A DNA stretch of 64,000 nucleotides from Amoebidium appalachense (taxonomy: Eukaryota > Protista > Ichthyosporea). Position numbers and translations under genes: made by a program. Within the stretch, counting starts at the first letter, position 1. Each line of letters begins with the position of its first letter. The notes under the pieces were generated by a model. The model had not been told where the DNA came from. It ran no database searches and worked only from the letters and a program-made list of their open reading frames with translations. Positions 39,934-64,000 of this stretch are shown one piece after another. The stretch covers positions 10,041,962 through 10,105,961 of the forward strand of contig CAVNZM010000007.1 in assembly GCA_963693365.1 (NCBI GenBank), given 5' to 3'.

Positions 39934-41469
39934 ACGGGATTGCGGAGCAGGGAGAGGCTGTACCAAGTCTAGACACAAAAACTGCCAGCCAGACCCGCGA
40001 ACGTGCCAAGAATACATGCAGCCAAGCTGGCATATACACCACTCAAACAAGATCAAGGCATAGATCTTTACAATATGCCCATAATGTCCAAAATGCCAGC
40101 CCCCCTGCGCCCCGCCTCCCCTCCTCCCTCCCCCCCCCCCAAAAAAAAAAACAAAAAAAAACAAACAAACCTACCGTGTCTTCCTCAGCTATCCTTGTCA
40201 CTATGCCCGACTGTCTCCTTAGCTCACTGAGTATCTCGTTGGCTGTGCGGTTGCTGTCTGCTGGCCCAGCACACAAGTCAGTCCCAGGAAGAAATGTTTG
40301 AAGCTGATGGGGCCCAAACCGCTGCAACAAAACAGCAAAGGTTGTCGAGGGGGAAAGCTCTGGCGGGGGGTGATTGGGTTGATCTGTGTACGGGGCAGCA
40401 CGCACACGATTTCATGTGGCCGTGCGCAGGAGAGGGATTGGGGGAGGGAGAGAAGTGAAAGTTGTGGATCGGAAACACGTGACAGGGTCACACGCCAACA
40501 AACGAAACGGAGATAGCATTACGGCAACACACACCTGGGGTTGAGGTGCCTGCTGTGCGCGTGTCTGCCGCTGGCCTCTGCTGGGTCACCACCCAGCCCT
40601 TGCAGCGCACACGCAGGTCCCGCCCGCGGCCCATCGGCAAGTCCAAGTGAGCCTCTAATTCAGAAGGGGAGAGGGCTGGATATAGCAGGCCGCCCTAAAC
40701 GAAGAGAAGCAGGCTGCAGGTCACTCACAGGTGCTTGATTATGGGCACTCTTTCTAAAACTGGACGACAACACTTATGAAGTGTGTATTACCGTGAAATA
40801 TGAAGGCATACAGAGTGCCTGGCAGGTCTTAACCTTGCCCTCTTGCCACCGTGCAATTAAAACGTTTCTAGCCAAGTCTTCAGTTTCAGTTTCTTTCCCT
40901 TCTTTCCCAAGTAAGCAGACAACAGCATGCACTGTGGATAGACCGTTCTTTATATACTCCCAGGAATGTTACATAATCCAATCCAAAACCGTTTGGACGA
41001 ACCATATATAGTATAAGCGTTTGGGCGGCAACCCAAAAGAAGGTCCGGCTTTCTCACGGTGGGCCGCAACAGTCGGAACCTGGCAGGCCTGCAGCTGTGC
41101 AAGTTGTCTGTTGTGTTAGGTGCCCGCCCGGTAGGGGGTGGGTTTTGTATATGAAAGGAGGAAAGAGATAAGGGAAAGAGAAACAAACAAGCTTAGGTTT
41201 TTGGTGAAAAAGGAGTGTAGTTTTTGCTGAGTCAAAGCAGGGGACAAAGAGGCTGATTGCACGACAGGTGGAGGAGTGGAGTGAGCTACTGAATCACTCA
41301 AGCTCAAACGCCCGGAAGGTAGGGGGAACAGGGTTGTTGTGTTCTACTCGAGTTATTTGTACTCCAACCTAGCTATAAAGGAGCTTGTCAAGTGTTCTGG
41401 TGACAGATTTAGCCGTAGAGAATTTGAAGGCGGTGTGGTATATGTACGTGCGAGCACGGAGGCATACAT
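35772..41469 (-). CDS. BC-box-like / RNI-type leucine-rich-repeat protein, ~516 aa, 10 exons
   Basis: Exons 41469-41369, 41107-41058, 40931-40792, 40694-40535, 40383-40175, 38483-38372, 37788-37608, 37309-37237, 36899-36601, 35997-35772, all phase-consistent. Motif VPTLLQLSARALAGCL precedes LRRs (IDLSYCPIT, IRWLDVSHC, LVRLRLDGC, LRVLGVGHCSWV, LATLHIDACPLV). The three 5' exons are less certain. Confidence 0.75.
39030..39670. repeat. (GA)n/poly(G) purine-rich tract, intronic
   Basis: Seen directly in the sequence. Confidence 0.95.
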
Positions 41470-41678
41470 GCACAAGAAGGAGCAGCCACAATCTGAATAT
41501 AGAGTCGAGCCTACGAAGCAGATATGGCACATCCGGGCCACCTGCCAGTTGCTGCCGGTTTTTGACTGTGCATGTTGCAGAGGGAAGGAGGGAGCAGTTT
41601 TTCATCTGAGCGCCAACAGCCCCCACCCGACCACTACCCACGGTTCAATGGGCGCTTTGCCCGCAGACCGAAAGAAAA

Positions 41679-55726
<14,048 letters not shown>

Positions 55727-56381
55727 GCGTGCACGTGGACTAGGTGACGTGCTCGTGCAGTGGCATATGTGGACAGGGGAGGGAGGGAAAAGAGAGGAAG
55801 AGGATGTGGGTGGTGGGTGGCCCAGGTTATGTGTGAATTATGCTTGCAGGCTGACGATTATTTTTTAAGAGACACTCCTGGGATGAAGAGTCGTTTGGGT
55901 CCAGATGTGTGAATGAACAATATGCACAACTAAAGCACAAAATGTCTACATACGTTCACATCACATCACACTTCGTTTCTTATAAGTAAGCTGCATAGTT
56001 GGTGATGTGCACTTGCTGCGCAATGGCAGCGCTAGTGCAACCCATACGTATCAAATCTTTATTTTTGTACCGTGAGGGCACACAGTATCTCTGCAACCAC
56101 AACTGTGTATGTGTTGTGAGCTGTATTTGGGCTGGGGATGAGAGTAGACATAACAGAGAGTGTAATACAACCCATGCCGATGGGCATCTGTATGCTAAAG
56201 TAACGAGTTAGGGAGTATAGCCGATGTTGTGGTTGCTTATATATCATCAAGCCGTGCACGGTGGTAGCCACCTGCAGTAATAAAGAAACATGAAGGCAGA
56301 CAGAACTGTGCTTCATGTTCTTCCTAATTGCCTGAGTGTTGTGCACATTCCTTCTTGGCCTGGCACGTACTGAAAAAAAAA

Positions 56382-56418
<37 letters not shown>

Positions 56419-57420
56419 GGGGAACCCCAACTCACTGATTTTTCTCTTAGTCTTTATGGTGTCTCGTAGAGAAAGTAAACCCTGATAGTAGTCATCACCC
56501 GACATCTATGTACGTGATCATGATATACCGCTGAGGGGATATTCCAAACAAACCCCCCCCTCTCTTTGCCTCGAGTAAACAGCGTTAACCCCCTGCTGAC
56601 TGTGCCCTCTAGCCGATGTACGATAAATCGACGCTGCAGGCTGAGAAGGTAGGTGAGTCGCGCCGGATCAGCCGCTGTCCGTCATCGTCCGCGTCTCTTG
56701 AAAATTTTTCTTTATAATGACTTTATTGATGTGCTCAAGCAAAAAAGGAGATATCGCAGATATCTCAAAGAGACGACTAGTATCGAGTCGCCCAGCACCA
56801 GAGAGGTTTCTACTAGAGAACAATACAGAACATGTAGGACTACAGATCTACCTTATAATTAGTGGGCGCCGTGCTCGGAGGAACCCTTCAAGGAGAACAT
56901 GCCGTCAAACAAGGCAGCGTTATAACGGTTGTGACGGGACTACAAAAGGAACCAACACTACAAAACAAGCGGACACAAAAACCAAGGCTATAGAGCTAAC
57001 TGCCACCGCAAGAAGAGCCCGTGACTGTAGCCGGCTAGCGCCGAGGAAGCTTCTCAACGTCTCAGTCAGCCACAAACCACCCCAAACGCGCGTCGCGGAG
57101 GAGACGTCAACCAAGCCGCAGTTGCACCCAAGGAGAAAACATAGAGTTGGAGAAAACATAGCTGTGCCCCATCTTAGAAGAGAGGGGTGCCGCCGCTAAC
57201 CCAGAAGGCCGCCAACCCCGGAGAAGCCTCGCGGCCATTATGAAAACCATTCACACGCCCCTCCCCCCAAAGACGCGAAGACAGGACCACTTGAAAAATA
57301 AGAGCTACCTCAGAAGGTAGCAGCCTCTTGGCAGTGAACTAGGAAATTTTGAGGACAATTTCCTGCCGCATAGCGCAAACGGTGGCTATTTGTAGCACAC
57401 AATTCTATATTTAGCAGAGG

Positions 57421-58000
57421 GCCACAGACTTGAATTACCTTAATCTGAAACTTCGAGCGCGATCGCGATCGCCGGATCGCTGCGCCCGTTGTCGAGTTGC
57501 AACAACTTGAGCGGCTGTTGAGCCGCTAGCGCTTCAAGTAGGCTCGAAGACCACGGCCGTGTCGAGGTTGCTTTGTGTCTGGAGGCATGGTCATGAACTA
57601 AGAGTGTTAGTTAGGACAGGCCAAAAAACGCCTTACACAGTTTTACGTAGGACGGTGGCTTCACCTTGGTCGAATGAGGCTGATTTGCTTGTATACTTGT
57701 ACAACACACATACCACACACAAACTAGCCAAACCAAGATACCAGTACACGATAAAACAACCTGGAAAGGACGGAAAGCATCGTGCATTCGCGTCAGAAAT
57801 ACTTAGTGATTACACCTGCTTTCGTGGTGCTTCAAAGATTTGTAAAGGAGAAGAAGAGGCTTGGACAACGAAGACAAGCAGGTATTATGGTGTTGCCTGA
57901 GTTTGCCCTAGACAAGTGTAATGATCTCCATCTGCTTTTGGCCTGTTGTGTTATGATGCGCCGAAAATGGGCCTCCGCAGCCAGCGCAACCTTTTTCTAA
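57421..58000 (+). pseudogene. Possible disrupted intronless coding sequence
   Basis: Protein-like frame 57421-57840 with an in-frame TGA at 57508. It continues after an apparent frameshift near 57840 into ...FVKEKKRLG...DLHLLLACCVMMRRKW...FF*. Weak resemblance to tubby-C/LURP-one-like proteins (beta-rich body, terminal hydrophobic helix). Confidence 0.3.
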
Positions 58001-58081
58001 TATGCAAAAACTTTGTGATGGATTACAGGTTTTTGCAGTTGAGCTCCCTCCTTAACCGTCTTCTACCCTTCTCTCTCTCCC

Positions 58082-58119
<38 letters not shown>

Positions 58120-58653
58120 TTCCCCCCTCCCCTCCTCGTCCCCCCCCCCTCCCCCGTCTCCCTCCCTCCCTCCCCCCTTCCTCAACCCCCCTCAAACATC
58201 GATGCCCTCACTTTTCCTTTCCTCACATTGTCCGAGATACCACACTATGTACACGTTAGGGCTGTGCAGTTTTCCACTCCGCATCACCATCTCTTACTCT
58301 TCTGCTGCTTTTGGGAACCTATTGCTTGGGGCTACGTCCGGCAGCGCTGACTGTACAACTGCTTCTGCTGTTCACTCCTCACAAACACACGTCTATGCAG
58401 TGAATGTTGCAACTCTCGCCTGCACCCTGCACTGCACTTACCCTCCTTTTCTTCCTTCCATACGGCTCTTCTTCGCCCCTTTTCTCCTACTTGCCCTGAT
58501 TCCTGCTTTCTGGTTTTTCTTCCTCCCCCTCCTTGCCTTTCCCTCTTTCTCCTTCTTTAAACGCTTCTTCTCCCTATTTTGGGTTGCTCACATGGCCTCG
58601 AACACAGTTGTGGGGAGCCGCACGGGCTATCGGGCTGCTGGTAACTTCCCGAA

Positions 58654-63888
<5,235 letters not shown>

Positions 63889-64000
63889 GTGAGTGGGTGT
63901 GGTGGTGAGTTGAGCCGGTTATGTAGTTGTGTTTGGCCAGGCGGAAAGGGAATTCATGGTGGTGGCTGCAGGCTTCTGATTGGCTGGTATGATGTATGGG

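Noticed and set aside
56860-56875. TGGGCGCCGTG as an LTR-retrotransposon primer-binding site
   Set aside because: Imperfect match, with no paired LTR and no gag/pol ORF in the window.

Overview
Intron-rich eukaryotic genomic DNA, plausibly a unicellular holozoan or other opisthokont (inferred from CNOT3 and a syntenin-like gene; the sequence alone cannot prove this). Introns and intergenic DNA are saturated with poly(C)/poly(G) runs and (CA)n/(GA)n microsatellites, so most ORFs in the supplied track are noise. Splicing by hand at GT-AG sites gives these genes: an intronless secreted Cys-repeat protein (-), an orphan gene (-), a 30-exon ~910-aa membrane-anchored protein whose C-terminal two-thirds follows the motif order of the bacterial type III effector phosphoinositide phosphatases SopB/IpgD (catalytic loop [10 protein letters not shown]) (-), a syntenin-like tandem-PDZ gene (-), a BC-box/LRR gene (-) head-to-head with an 18-exon CNOT3 (+), and the 5' part of a Pro/Gly/Gln-rich coiled-coil gene (+). 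The top finding is the fully intronized eukaryotic SopB/IpgD-like phosphatase, which the six-frame track misses because its active site is split across small exons. Other findings are a poly(C)-tailed dispersed repeat with C/D-box-like motifs, an ordered C-CA-A microsatellite pattern, acceptors fed directly by (AC)n, a 45-bp E-box-rich intronic array and a 29-bp-arm hairpin. All gene models are manual and lack RNA support. Homology statements rest on motifs recalled from memory, not on searches.
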